A program made the translations under genes and the position numbers. A stretch of DNA of 58,966 nucleotides, counting the filler, from Sandaracinaceae bacterium (GTDB lineage: Bacteria; Myxococcota_A; Polyangia; Polyangiales; JADJQN01), in assembly GCA_947483975.1 (NCBI GenBank). It is 2 parts of 2 records of this genome, joined end to end, with 100 filler letters (N's around TTAATTAATTAA, not from the genome) between each part and the next. Parts side by side here need not be neighbours in the genome. Positions count along the whole stretch, not along the records: positions 1 to 29,482 come from CANKOL010000019.1; positions 29,583 to 58,966 come from CANKOL010000020.1. One strand, 5' to 3'. Below the pieces are notes generated by a model. It was not told the origin of the DNA. It did no database searches and saw nothing but the letters and a program-made list of their open reading frames with translations. Below are positions 21,033-30,425 of this stretch, one piece after another; the stretch's first letter is position 1; every line of letters starts with the position of its first letter.

Positions 21033-21806
21033 CTAGCCGCGCGCGATCAGGACGACGGCCATGACGCTGAGAAAACCAGCGTAAACCAGCGTGGCCCGCC
21101 GCGCGCTCACTCGCGCCGCGAGCTGCGCTCCGGGCCAAGCGCCGAGCGCGAAGCCCGCGGCCACCGCGCCGAGCAGCGGCCAGGGAAGCCCGCCTTGCTC
21201 GTTCGCATAGACGTACACCGCGGGCAGGCCAATCGGCGGCAACATCATGGCCAGCGTCGTCGCCTGCGCTTGCAGGCGGCTGAGCCCGCCATATCGCTTC
21301 AAGAGCGGCAGTGCGACGATTGCCCCGCCGACCCCGAGCAATCCAGACATCGAGCCAGCGACCATGCCAATCGATACTGCCATCCACACCGGCACTCGCC
21401 GGGTCGAGTCCGTCTCGCCCTCAGTCGTGCCTTTGCGAAAGAACCCCACGTAGAGCGCCGACATCGCGAGAAACGCGGCGAAGCACCAGCGGAGCTCGCG
21501 GGAAGGCAGCCTGTGGGCCGACCACGCCCCGGCGAGCGCCCCGACGATGAAACCGACGATCAGCAGGAGTACGAGCGTCACGTCGACTCGCACGCCGCTC
21601 TTACGATAGGCGAGCACCGCCGGAAGTCCGACCGGCGGCAGCAGCGCGGCGAGCGAAATGCCTTGCGCGCGGTGCTGCTCGATGCCGAGTCCGACCGCGA
21701 GGAGCGGCGCGAGGATCGCCCCGCCGCCGATCCCCAAGAAGCCAGAGACGACGCCCGCGGCGACGCCGAACGCTCCGGAGATGATGATCTCCCATACCGC
21801 TGACAT
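21033..21806 (-). CDS. Sulfite exporter TauE/SafE family protein
   Basis: Duplicated halves SGFLGIGGG / SGLLGVGGA and AQGISL / AQATTL; multiple TM segments. Confidence 0.9.
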   Translation of the reverse strand: MSAVWEIIISGAFGVAAGVVSGFLGIGGGAILAPLLAVGLGIEQHRAQGISLAALLPPVGLPAVLAYRKSGVRVDVTLVLLLIVGFIVGALAGAWSAHRLPSRELRWCFAAFLAMSALYVGFFRKGTTEGETDSTRRVPVWMAVSIGMVAGSMSGLLGVGGAIVALPLLKRYGGLSRLQAQATTLAMMLPPIGLPAVYVYANEQGGLPWPLLGAVAAGFALGAWPGAQLAARVSARRATLVYAGFLSVMAVVLIARG

Positions 21807-21888
21807 TTCGTCCGAATCCTCGCGAGCTCGCCGTGGGTGCGTGACCGTAGGCTGCGCGAACGCGCCGGGCCACCCGCGCGCGAACGGC

Positions 21889-22608
21889 TCAGGGCGAGGG
21901 CGCTGGCGTCGCCGCGGCGCTTCGAGGGCGCTGGTAGGGGCGAATCTTCCCGTCCTCCATCTCGTAGAGCACGTCGAAGACCTCGAGCGCCCGGTGGTCG
22001 TGCGTCACGACGAGCACCGCCGCGCCACGCTCGTGGGCGACCTTTCGGAAGAGCTCCATCACGATCCGGCTCCGCACGCTGTCGAGCGCGGCGGTCGGCT
22101 CGTCGGCGAGGATCAGCGAGGGATCGTTGGCCAACGCGCGCGCGATCGCGACGCGCTGCTGCTCTCCGCCGCTGAGCATCTCGGGATACGAGCCCTCGCG
22201 ATTGGCGACCTCGAGGTAGCCGAGCAGCTCTCTCGCGCGCGCTCGGCCCTGACCCTTCCCGCCGAATTCGCAGGCGATCTGCACGTTCTCGCGGGCGTTC
22301 AGGAAGGACGTGAGGTTGGCCTTCTGGAACACGAAGCCGAGGTGCCGCCTCCGCAGCAGCGCGAGGTCGGCCAAGGGGACTCCGTCCCTGACGACGAGCC
22401 GATCTTCGAAGAAGACCTCCCCGGTGTCCGCGGGCGAGACGAAGCCCAGCGCCTTGATCAGCGTGGACTTGCCTGCGCCGCTCGGGCCGAGCAGCGCCGC
22501 GACCGTCCCTCGCGCGAGCGTGAGGCTGACGTCGTCGAGGGCGACGACGGCCGAGGCGCCCGTCCCGTAGGTCTTGCGTAGCCCGGCGGCTCGTACCGCG
22601 TCAGTCAT
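21889..22608 (-). CDS. ABC transporter ATP-binding protein (LolD/MacB type)
   Basis: GPSGAGKS, GFVFQ, LSGGEQQRVAIARAL, ILADEPT, VTHD. Confidence 0.93.
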   Translation of the reverse strand: MTDAVRAAGLRKTYGTGASAVVALDDVSLTLARGTVAALLGPSGAGKSTLIKALGFVSPADTGEVFFEDRLVVRDGVPLADLALLRRRHLGFVFQKANLTSFLNARENVQIACEFGGKGQGRARARELLGYLEVANREGSYPEMLSGGEQQRVAIARALANDPSLILADEPTAALDSVRSRIVMELFRKVAHERGAAVLVVTHDHRALEVFDVLYEMEDGKIRPYQRPRSAAATPAPSP

Positions 22609-22610
22609 GG

Positions 22611-23822
22611 TCAGCCCTCCAGCGCGCGCGACGGGTCGATGCGCATGACGTGCGTGAGTCCGAGCGCGCTCGCGAGGGTCACGATCACCATCGTCGCGAG
22701 GGGCGCGACCAGCTGAATGGCGGGGGTGATGACGACGCGTCGCGGGAAGCTCGGGAAGGCCAGCTCGCCGATCGTGAAGGCCACCGCGTAGCCGAGCGCG
22801 CCGAGGAGCCACGCCTGTTGGAGCACGAGCCCGAGCAGGCGCGCGCGCGGCGCACCCATCAGCTTGAGGACGGCGAGATCGTGCGTCTTCTCGAGCGTGA
22901 GATTGTACATGACCATCATCACGATCACCGCGGCGGTCAGGGTGAGGATCATCGTGAAGAGGCCAATCTGCATTCGGGCGCGCTGCACCACGCCGCCGAG
23001 CAGGAGCGTCTCCTCTTCTTGCTGCGAGTACACCGTCACATCGGCCCAGCGCTCGAGCGTGTGGCGCACCTCTTCGAGCCTCTGCGGGTCGGCTTCGACC
23101 AGCACGGCCGCGACGGGCGGCGAGGCGACCGCGGGGGAGCGCCAGCGCGGGTCCCTCGTCAGGTCTTCGAGCCCGGGTTGGGCGCGTCCGAGGTCGGTGC
23201 CGCGGAGTCGCTCGACGACGCGCTGACGTTCGAGCACGGTGGCCTCCGAGGGCTGATCGAGCGCGACGAGCTGCGCGTCAGAGGCGGTCATGAAGGCCAC
23301 CGAGTCTCCGCCCGAGGTGAGGGCGTTCTTCGTCAGCCCGACCACACGATAGCTCTCGCCGGCGAGGTCGAGGGTCTCGTCGATCTGAAATCCGAGGGAG
23401 GAGTCCACGATGATCTCGCCGTGCGGTTGCATGAGCAGGCGTCCCCGCACGACCGGCAGCGAGCGACCTGGATCATCCGGCCAACCCAGCCCGACGAGCG
23501 CGATGCGCATCACCTCACCGCGCCGCTCGCGCTGAATCAGTTGATAGGTATAGGGGCGCGCCGTGCGCACGCCGGGCACCGCAGCCGCGCGCGCCTCGAC
23601 GCTCGGGTCGAGCCGCGACCCCTCCGCGAACGGGCCCCGCGTGTCGCGCTGCACGAGCCAGAGGTCCGCGTGCATCGCGCGCGTGAGGATGGTCGCGTCG
23701 TCCACCATCCCCGCGTAAATGCCCTGCATCGCCATCACGACGCTGAGGAGGAGTCCCAGCCCCGCGGCGGTGCCGACGAAGCGCGCCACGTGCCGTCGAA
23801 CGTCGCGGAGGGCGAGGTTCAT
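22611..23822 (-). CDS. ABC transporter permease (FtsX/MacB type)
   Basis: One TM, large periplasmic domain, three TM; LAVLKLMGA; IDP C-terminus. Confidence 0.9.
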   Translation of the reverse strand: MNLALRDVRRHVARFVGTAAGLGLLLSVVMAMQGIYAGMVDDATILTRAMHADLWLVQRDTRGPFAEGSRLDPSVEARAAAVPGVRTARPYTYQLIQRERRGEVMRIALVGLGWPDDPGRSLPVVRGRLLMQPHGEIIVDSSLGFQIDETLDLAGESYRVVGLTKNALTSGGDSVAFMTASDAQLVALDQPSEATVLERQRVVERLRGTDLGRAQPGLEDLTRDPRWRSPAVASPPVAAVLVEADPQRLEEVRHTLERWADVTVYSQQEEETLLLGGVVQRARMQIGLFTMILTLTAAVIVMMVMYNLTLEKTHDLAVLKLMGAPRARLLGLVLQQAWLLGALGYAVAFTIGELAFPSFPRRVVITPAIQLVAPLATMVIVTLASALGLTHVMRIDPSRALEG

Positions 23823-24991
23823 GGCGTCTTCCAGCGTCGGCCGACGGGGAGCACGGCGCCTGCGCCGAGCGGCGCGAGCAGCTGAGTTCCCTCCGAGAGG
23901 CCCCCGAGAATCTCTACCTCGCGCGCGCCGCTGAGGCCGAAGCGAGGTCGAATGATGGCGACTCTGCCGCCGCGATTCGCGTACACATAGGGGCCAGTCG
24001 CGTCGCGCTGAATCATGCGAATCGGCACCCGCAGCGCGGAGGCGCGGCGCGCGAGTTCGATGCGCACGTCCGCGCGCTGCCCAATCGCCACGCGGCGACT
24101 GAGTTGGTCCGGCGTGACCTCGACGAGCAGCTCATGAGTCTGCCGATCAGCCTCCCAGGAGATCCTCGAGACCCTGCCGCGGGACGCCGCGTCCTCGCCG
24201 GGGAAGAAGATGGCGCTCGGCTGATCGACCGCGAGCAGCGGCAGGACCGTCTCGTCGATCGCGGCGTTGACGTACACCCGACTCGTGTCCACCAGCCTCA
24301 AGACGGTCGAGCCGATGGTGACGGTGTCGCCAGGCTCCCGGAGTCTCCGCGTCACGAGTCCGTCGAAGGGCGCGAGCAACGTGGCGCGCACCATCGCGAC
24401 TCGGCGCTGCTCCGCACCGCCCGCGGCGACGTCGATGCCGCGCGTCGCCTCCGAGCGCTGCGCGAGGACGCGGTCGAGATCGGCCCGGGCGAGACGCACA
24501 CGGTCCGCCGACTCGTCGCGCTGCTGACTGGCGACGGCGCCCGCGACATGGAGCGCTTCAATCCGCGGGGCGTCCCGCTCTGCCGCCGAGAGGAGCGTGC
24601 GCATCCGGTCCTCTTCGGCCGCGAGGCGGTGCAGGGACGCGCGCGCAGCGGCCACTCCCGTCTGGGCCGAGCGCAGGTCCGCTTGGGCCTGATCGGTCTC
24701 GAGTCGCGCGAGCTCCTGTCCGAGCGTGACGCGCGCGCCCTCCTCGACGAGCACCTCGCTCAAGCGGCCCACGAGGTCGAAGCCGACGGCAGCCTCGCGC
24801 TGACTCTCGATGGTCCCGCGCCCGAACGCCTCTTGGACGACGAGGCCGCGCTCGAGGCGGACGACCTCGACCGGAATGGGCGCCCAGAGTCTGAACCAGG
24901 CAAACAGGAGCGCGCCGACTGCTGGCAGGAGGAACCACAGGCTCTTGCGGGCGAGCCCGAGAGCCCGACCGACGGTCGCCGAGATGGCCAT
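23819..24991 (-). CDS. Efflux periplasmic adaptor (MacA/HlyD family)
   Basis: N-terminal TM, GRLSEVLVEEGARV, coiled hairpin, LAPFDGLV. Confidence 0.9.
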   Translation of the reverse strand: MAISATVGRALGLARKSLWFLLPAVGALLFAWFRLWAPIPVEVVRLERGLVVQEAFGRGTIESQREAAVGFDLVGRLSEVLVEEGARVTLGQELARLETDQAQADLRSAQTGVAAARASLHRLAAEEDRMRTLLSAAERDAPRIEALHVAGAVASQQRDESADRVRLARADLDRVLAQRSEATRGIDVAAGGAEQRRVAMVRATLLAPFDGLVTRRLREPGDTVTIGSTVLRLVDTSRVYVNAAIDETVLPLLAVDQPSAIFFPGEDAASRGRVSRISWEADRQTHELLVEVTPDQLSRRVAIGQRADVRIELARRASALRVPIRMIQRDATGPYVYANRGGRVAIIRPRFGLSGAREVEILGGLSEGTQLLAPLGAGAVLPVGRRWKTP

Positions 24992-25045
24992 GGTGGCGTG
25001 CTTTCTGCTGGGACTTGACTGGCGACGGTGGAGGAGCTGAAACAG

Positions 25046-25414
25046 CTACTTGCCGAGAAGCTCCGTCTGGATGATCTCGTCGTGATAAAGCTCGCCCCGA
25101 AAGCCAACGACGCGCTCGACCTCTTTTCCCTTACGGAAGTAGAGCACCGTGGGTGTACCACGAACGCCGAGGCGCTGGGCCGCGCGGGGTGCCTGTGAGG
25201 CGTTGAGCTCCGCGACGCGCACGCGGCCCTCATACCGCTTCGTCAGGCTGACCACGACGGGCTCGAGTTGCTTGCAGGGCGCGCAATTGGGGCCCCACAC
25301 ATCGAGCATCACGGGGAGCGACGCGCGCAGCACTTCAGCCTCGAAATTCGAGTCGTCGATGTGAAGCGGCAGGACCTGCGGGCCGAGACCGAGGAGCTTG
25401 GCGAGGAATCCCAT
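25046..25414 (-). CDS. Thioredoxin
   Basis: NFEAEVL, LDVWGPNCAPCK, VRGTPT cis-Pro loop; start trimmed to ATG 25414. Confidence 0.88.
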   Translation of the reverse strand: MGFLAKLLGLGPQVLPLHIDDSNFEAEVLRASLPVMLDVWGPNCAPCKQLEPVVVSLTKRYEGRVRVAELNASQAPRAAQRLGVRGTPTVLYFRKGKEVERVVGFRGELYHDEIIQTELLGK

Positions 25415-25524
25415 GGCCGTTGGAGCCAGGCGCGGCGTCGAACGGTTCGCGGCGCCGGAGGCGTGTGCGCTTGGACAGCCCGCGCCGCCGTTGGGCGGAG
25501 GGGGCCGTGTCATCCTTGCCGACG

Positions 25525-27318
25525 ATGCCTCCGCAGACGCCCGCCTCCGCCGCTCGTGCCGCAGAAGATTCCTCGTCCGAGCGCCTGATCGAGCACATTC
25601 GGGAGTCGATCATCGGCGACGACCGCGTGATCGATGGGCCCTACGGCGCCCGTCGCGTGACGTACGCCGACTATACGGCGTCGGGGCGTTCGCTCGCGTT
25701 CGTCGAGGACTTCATGCGCAGCGAGGTGATGCCGCTCTACGCGAACACGCACACCGAGACGAGCGGCACCGGGATGCAGACGAGCCGCTTCCGCGAGGAG
25801 GCGCGCGAGCTGATCCGCCGCGCGGTCGGCGGGACGGACGAGGACTGCGTCATCTTCACGGGCTCAGGCGCGACGAGCGCGATTCACAAGCTCGTTGGGG
25901 TGCTGAACCTCAACCTCCCCGCGGACCTCGACGCGCGCTACCAACTGCGCGCGCACATCCCAGCGAACGAGCGCCCCGTGGTGTTCATCGGGCCCTACGA
26001 GCATCACTCGAACGAGCTTCCGTGGCGGGAGTCGATCGCCGACGTCGTCACGATCGACGAGGACGCCGACGGCATGATCGACCTCGCGCTGCTCGAGCGG
26101 GAGTTGCTCGCGCACGCGGACCGACCGCTGCGGATTGGCAGCTTCTCGGCGGCGTCGAACGTGACGGGCATCGGCTCGGACGTGAGGGCGGTGACGGCGC
26201 TGCTCCACGCGCACGGCGCGCTCGCGTTCTGGGACTACGCGGCTGCGGGGCCTTATGTGGAGATCGAGATGACGCCGCCCGGGGAGAGCGCGCTCGCGCT
26301 CGACGCGGTCTTCCTCTCGCCCCACAAATTCATCGGCGGACCCGGCACGCCAGGCGTCCTCGTCGCCAAGCGCAGGCTCTTCGCCAACCGGGTCCCGACG
26401 ATGCCGGGCGGCGGCACGGTGCACTACGTCGGACCGCGGAATCATCGCTATCTCGAGGACCCTACGCACCGCGAGGAGGGCGGCACGCCCGCGATCCTCG
26501 AGTCGATCCGCGCCGGGCTCGTCTTTCAGCTGAAGGGGGCGGTCGGTCACGAGGCGATTCGCGCACACGAGGAGTCGTTCATCACTCGGGCGATCGAGTC
26601 TTGGCGCGCGAACCCGAACCTGCGGATTCTCGGGAATCAGGGCGCGTGGCGGCTGTCGATCCTGTCGTTCCTCGTCACGCACGGGGACGGCTTCCTGCAT
26701 CACAACTTCGTCGTCGCGCTCCTCAACGATCTCTTTGGCATTCAAGCGCGCGGCGGGTGTAGCTGCGCGGGACCATACGGGCACAGGCTGCTCGGCATCG
26801 ACCTGACGACCTCCGAGAGCTTCGAGTGCGCCATCGTGGAAGGGGCGGAGGGCATCAAGCCCGGCTGGGTGCGCGTCAACTTCAACTATTTCATCAGCGA
26901 GACCGTGTTCGAGTATCTCCTCGCGGCGGTGCACCTGGTCGCGACGGAGGGCTGGAAGCTCCTGCCGCACTACACGTTCGACGTCGCGACGGGCGCTTGG
27001 CGACACTCGACTCGCCGCAGCGTCGCGGCGCTCAGCCTCGGGAACGTCAGCTATCAGGGGGGCCGCATGACCTACCGCGCGCGGCACGTGACGGAGCCCG
27101 AGTGGGCGCTCGCGGGCTATCTCGAAGACGCACGGCGCGTGCTCGACGAGGCGGTCTGCGACTTTCAGAGCGGCGCGTACGTCCCGCCGACCGCCGCGGC
27201 GGCGCCGCTCTCCGCCGACCTCGAGCGCCTCCGCTGGTTTCCGCTGCCCGCGGAGGTGCTCGCGGAGTTGCAGGGACGGGAGCCGGACTCCGCGCTCACG
27301 CCGATTCACCTGAAATAG
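25525..27318 (+). CDS. Class-V PLP aminotransferase / cysteine desulfurase-like protein
   Basis: YADYTASG, EHHSN, ASNVTG, SPHKFIGGPG (PLP Lys), RGGCSCA (persulfide Cys). Confidence 0.9.
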   Translation: MPPQTPASAARAAEDSSSERLIEHIRESIIGDDRVIDGPYGARRVTYADYTASGRSLAFVEDFMRSEVMPLYANTHTETSGTGMQTSRFREEARELIRRAVGGTDEDCVIFTGSGATSAIHKLVGVLNLNLPADLDARYQLRAHIPANERPVVFIGPYEHHSNELPWRESIADVVTIDEDADGMIDLALLERELLAHADRPLRIGSFSAASNVTGIGSDVRAVTALLHAHGALAFWDYAAAGPYVEIEMTPPGESALALDAVFLSPHKFIGGPGTPGVLVAKRRLFANRVPTMPGGGTVHYVGPRNHRYLEDPTHREEGGTPAILESIRAGLVFQLKGAVGHEAIRAHEESFITRAIESWRANPNLRILGNQGAWRLSILSFLVTHGDGFLHHNFVVALLNDLFGIQARGGCSCAGPYGHRLLGIDLTTSESFECAIVEGAEGIKPGWVRVNFNYFISETVFEYLLAAVHLVATEGWKLLPHYTFDVATGAWRHSTRRSVAALSLGNVSYQGGRMTYRARHVTEPEWALAGYLEDARRVLDEAVCDFQSGAYVPPTAAAAPLSADLERLRWFPLPAEVLAELQGREPDSALTPIHLK

Positions 27319-27372
27319 CCGACCTCCCCGCAGCCTCTTGAATCCTTTGGAGCTCGACCTGGCTCTCTCGAC

Positions 27373-28254
27373 ATGATGCTTGCAGTAGGCTCCGACGAGA
27401 AGCGCACCCCGGCGAAGGCGCCTGCCGCGCGGGCGGGACTGTTCGCGCGCTTTCGGCGCTGGCTCGCCGCGTGGATCACGGACGTCGAGTATCGCCTGCG
27501 CGTGTCGAGTCCGTTCACGCATGGCAAGGGCGGAGCGCGCGTGTTCTACCCGGGTTGCTCGCTGACCGCCGCCGACCCGGCGCTCGTGCTCCGCGCCTAC
27601 GAGTGGCTGCGCGCGCGGGACCCGAGCGTGGTGCTGTGGTCCGATTGCTGCGGGATGCCGCTCGAGAAATTCTCGACCCCCCAAGCAGCGGAGCGCGGCC
27701 GCGAGCGCACGCGCCGATTGCTCCGCGAGTCGAAGACCACGGAGCTCATCACCGCCTGCGGGAATTGCACGGTGCAGTTCAACTCGTTGGGTGTGGAAGG
27801 GCTTCAGCTGACCTCGCTCTATGGGCTCCTCGCCGAGGAGGAGTGGGCGCCGCGCGAGCGCCTCGGTCCCGCCATCGTTCACCACCCTTGCTCAGCACGG
27901 ATCGACAAGTCGCAGCAGACACACTTCCGCGCGCTCGCCGACCGTCTGCACCTCACGGTGCTCAACGCCGACGACACCAAACATCCGCTGTCGTGCTGTC
28001 TGATCAAGACGCCCTCGGCGATGGCGAAGCGGGAGGCGCTCGCCGGCAGCACGCTGATCACGTATTGCGCGCACTGCACGATGGCGTTTCAGCAGGACGT
28101 CCCGACTCGGCACGTGCTGCAAGAGACCTTCGGGACCTCCGACGAGCGCTGGAGGCCGCGGGGCAAGCTGAGTCGTTTTCTCCAGTATCGGCGCTTCGCG
28201 CGACTGGCGCGGACCGCGACGGGGGCGCAAGAGGAGCGCCGGCGCGAGCCGTGA
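27373..28254 (+). CDS. Stand-alone CCG-domain (Fe-S)-binding protein
   Basis: YPGC, DCCG, ITACGNC, HHPC, SCC, ITYCAHC: two CCG-type domains. Confidence 0.8.
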   Translation: MMLAVGSDEKRTPAKAPAARAGLFARFRRWLAAWITDVEYRLRVSSPFTHGKGGARVFYPGCSLTAADPALVLRAYEWLRARDPSVVLWSDCCGMPLEKFSTPQAAERGRERTRRLLRESKTTELITACGNCTVQFNSLGVEGLQLTSLYGLLAEEEWAPRERLGPAIVHHPCSARIDKSQQTHFRALADRLHLTVLNADDTKHPLSCCLIKTPSAMAKREALAGSTLITYCAHCTMAFQQDVPTRHVLQETFGTSDERWRPRGKLSRFLQYRRFARLARTATGAQEERRREP

Positions 28255-28934
28255 TTCGTACCTCCATCATCATTCCCGTCCTCGACGAGGCGCGGGTCAT
28301 CGGGCAGCGCCTCGAGGAGGTCGCGGCGCTCGGCGCGCACGAGACTCTGGTCGTCGACGGAGGCAGTCGCGACGGGACGCTCGAGGTCGTCGCGCGCTAT
28401 CCGAGCGTGCGGTGTCTGTCCGCGGCACGCGGTCGCGCGCTGCAGATGAACGCCGGCGCGGCGGCAGCGACCGGCGATGTGCTCGTGTTCCTGCACGCGG
28501 ACGTCGCGCTCCCGGCGGACGCGCTTGCCCACGTCGAGCGAGCGCTCAGCGACCCGCGCATCGTCGCGGGAGCGTTTCGCACGTGGACTGTCCCCGATCG
28601 CCCGACGCGCCTCGGCTGGCTGCTGCACCTGGCGGACCTGCGCTCGCGCTACTCGTCGCTCCCCTACGGCGACCAGGCGTTGTTCGTCCGCGCGGAGGTG
28701 TTTCGCGCGCTCGGAGGCTTCCCCCGAATCCCGCTGATGGAGGACCTCGCCTTCAGCAAGATCCTGCGCAGGAGAGGTCCGCTGCGCATCGTCCCGGCCC
28801 GCGTGAAGGTCTCCGGGCGGCGCTTCATCGAGAGGCCGTTCTTCTACACCGCGGTCCTCAACGTCTATCCGACCTTGTATCGCCTCGGCGTCCCACCTGC
28901 GGTCTTGGCGCGCTTCTACCGCGCGGTGCGATAG
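28251..28934 (+). CDS. GT2 glycosyltransferase, TIGR04283-like
   Basis: SIIIPVLDEA, VVDGGSRDGT, GRALQMNAGA, FLHAD, YGDQALF, LMED, SGRRF; GTGA overlap with upstream gene. Confidence 0.88.
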   Translation: MIRTSIIIPVLDEARVIGQRLEEVAALGAHETLVVDGGSRDGTLEVVARYPSVRCLSAARGRALQMNAGAAAATGDVLVFLHADVALPADALAHVERALSDPRIVAGAFRTWTVPDRPTRLGWLLHLADLRSRYSSLPYGDQALFVRAEVFRALGGFPRIPLMEDLAFSKILRRRGPLRIVPARVKVSGRRFIERPFFYTAVLNVYPTLYRLGVPPAVLARFYRAVR

Positions 28935-28991
28935 CGCGCGCCGGGCGGGTTGCACGCGAACCGTCGCGGCCGCTCACTGGCTCCCACCGCC

Positions 28992-29219
28992 GTGCAACTC
29001 GTCACCTGGATCAACACCCTCCCGTGGCCGGCGGTCGTCCTCGCTGCGCTGACGCTCGGCCTCGCGCCGTTCACGCCGCCGCACATCGTCGAGAAGCTCG
29101 GGATGCTCTTCAGCGGCAAGCTCGTGAAGCCGATCGACTGGTTCGACTTGTTGCTCCACGGCGCGCCGTGGCTGCTGCTGCTCGCCAAGGCCGGGGTCTC
29201 CCTCGTTCGGCCCGCGTAA
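28992..29219 (+). CDS. Small membrane protein (LGLAPF...PH...EKL family)
   Basis: LGLAPFTPPHIVEKLGML...PIDWFDLLLHGAP. Confidence 0.75.
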   Translation: MQLVTWINTLPWPAVVLAALTLGLAPFTPPHIVEKLGMLFSGKLVKPIDWFDLLLHGAPWLLLLAKAGVSLVRPA

Positions 29220-29236
29220 TCTCGACCCGAGCGACG

Positions 29237-29482
29237 CTACGCGCCGAGTCCGAGCGCGCGCCCGAGCGCGATCGCCATGCCGACCACGCTCTCCCCGGCG
29301 ACGAGGCCTGACGCGAGCGGGGTGAGCGCCTCTGCGGCCGAGGGGCGAAGGCGCCGGACGGCCGAGCCGAGCATCGCGCCGAAGAACATCGTGATCGCGG
29401 TCGAGGCGGGCATCACCATCGCCATGCCGAGGCCGGCTGGCGATGGAACCCAAGGGCTCACGCGTCGAGGCGCCCAGCGCTC
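29237..29482 (-). CDS. OPT/YSL oligopeptide transporter, C-terminal fragment (contig end)
   Basis: PSPAGLGMAM...LASGLVAGES typical of the OPT C-terminus; frame open to the gap. Confidence 0.75.
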   Translation of the reverse strand, partial: ERWAPRRVSPWVPSPAGLGMAMVMPASTAITMFFGAMLGSAVRRLRPSAAEALTPLASGLVAGESVVGMAIALGRALGLGA

Positions 29483-29582
29483 NNNNNNNNNNNNNNNNNN
29501 NNNNNNNNNNNNNNNNNNNNNNNNNNTTAATTAATTAANNNNNNNNNNNNNNNNNNNNNNNNNNNNNNNNNNNNNNNNNNNN
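29483..29582. other. Artificial contig-join spacer
   Basis: 44 N + TTAATTAATTAA (stops in all six frames) + 44 N = 100 bp. Confidence 0.97.
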
Positions 29583-30230
29583 ATCGTCACGCTCGACCCG
29601 TCGGCGGTCGTCGCGCGGCACCTCGCCGCGGCCGTGCGGCGCCGCGCACAGGACCTCGTCGGGCTCCAAGAGGTGCAGACGATGCTCGATCAGCTCGAGC
29701 GCGCGTACCCCGCGCTGGTGCGGCACGTCGTGCCGAAGCCCATCGGGCTGACGCTCCTCGCCGACGTGCTGCGGCGGCTCGTCGACGAGGGGGTGTCGAT
29801 CCGCCCGCTCCGCGAGGTGCTCGAGGCGCTCGCGCTGCACGGCCCGAACGAGAAGGACCCGGTCACGCTGACCGAGCTCGTGCGCGGGGCGCTGCGGCGG
29901 CAGATCACGCACCGCTACGCGCGCTCGGGCACGCTCGCGGTCACGCTGCTCGATCCCTCGATCGAGGACGCCGTGCGCGAGGCGATTCAGCGCACGAGCG
30001 CCGGGAGCTACCTCGCGCTCGCGCCCGACGTCGCCCGCGACATCCTCGGGGCGATCAAGCGCGAGGTGCAGCTCGAGCCGGGCGTCGACGCCGTGCTGCT
30101 GACGCAGGCAGACGTGCGGCGCTTCGTGCGACGCCTCGTCGAGAGCGACCTGCCTGGGCTCGCGGTGCTCTCCTATCAGGAGCTCGCGCCCGACGTCGTC
30201 GTCCAGCCGCTCGGACGCGCGTCGGTGTGA
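29583..30230 (+). CDS. sctV: Type III secretion export gate SctV/FlhA family, C-terminal fragment
   Basis: GLQEVQ, LRRLVDEGVSIR, LTELVR, RTSAGSYLAL, RRFVRRLVE, VLSYQEL; closer to SctV than to FlhA. Confidence 0.85.
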   Translation: MVTLDPSAVVARHLAAAVRRRAQDLVGLQEVQTMLDQLERAYPALVRHVVPKPIGLTLLADVLRRLVDEGVSIRPLREVLEALALHGPNEKDPVTLTELVRGALRRQITHRYARSGTLAVTLLDPSIEDAVREAIQRTSAGSYLALAPDVARDILGAIKREVQLEPGVDAVLLTQADVRRFVRRLVESDLPGLAVLSYQELAPDVVVQPLGRASV

Positions 30231-30369
30231 ACGCTGTGTCTTGGCGTCGGGGTGTGATCGTGAACTCGTCTTCACGCCCGCCCCGCGCGGGCTCCCGAGC
30301 GCGGCGCGGGCCCTCGCGAAAACGCCTGCTATCGTGAGTTCGGGCCGTTCGGGTCGCTCCGCCGACGGC

Positions 30370-30385
30370 TGGCATCGCGCTTGCT
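30370..30385 (+). promoter_or_regulatory. Sigma54 -24/-12 promoter
   Basis: TGGCAT-CGCGC-TTGCT with exact GG-N10-GC spacing, 40 nt upstream of ATG 30426. Confidence 0.85.
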
Positions 30386-30425
30386 GATAGGTCGATGGTC
30401 GGTCGAACTCACGAGGGCACACGCC

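Noticed and set aside
18515..29219. Possible selenoproteins in the sulfur cluster
   Set aside because: All catalytic positions I could identify are Cys, and TGA codons fall at natural C-termini.
29483..29582. AT-rich palindrome TTAATTAATTAA within Ns
   Set aside because: Synthetic six-frame stop linker of exactly 100 bp; not biological, and no linkage should be inferred across it.
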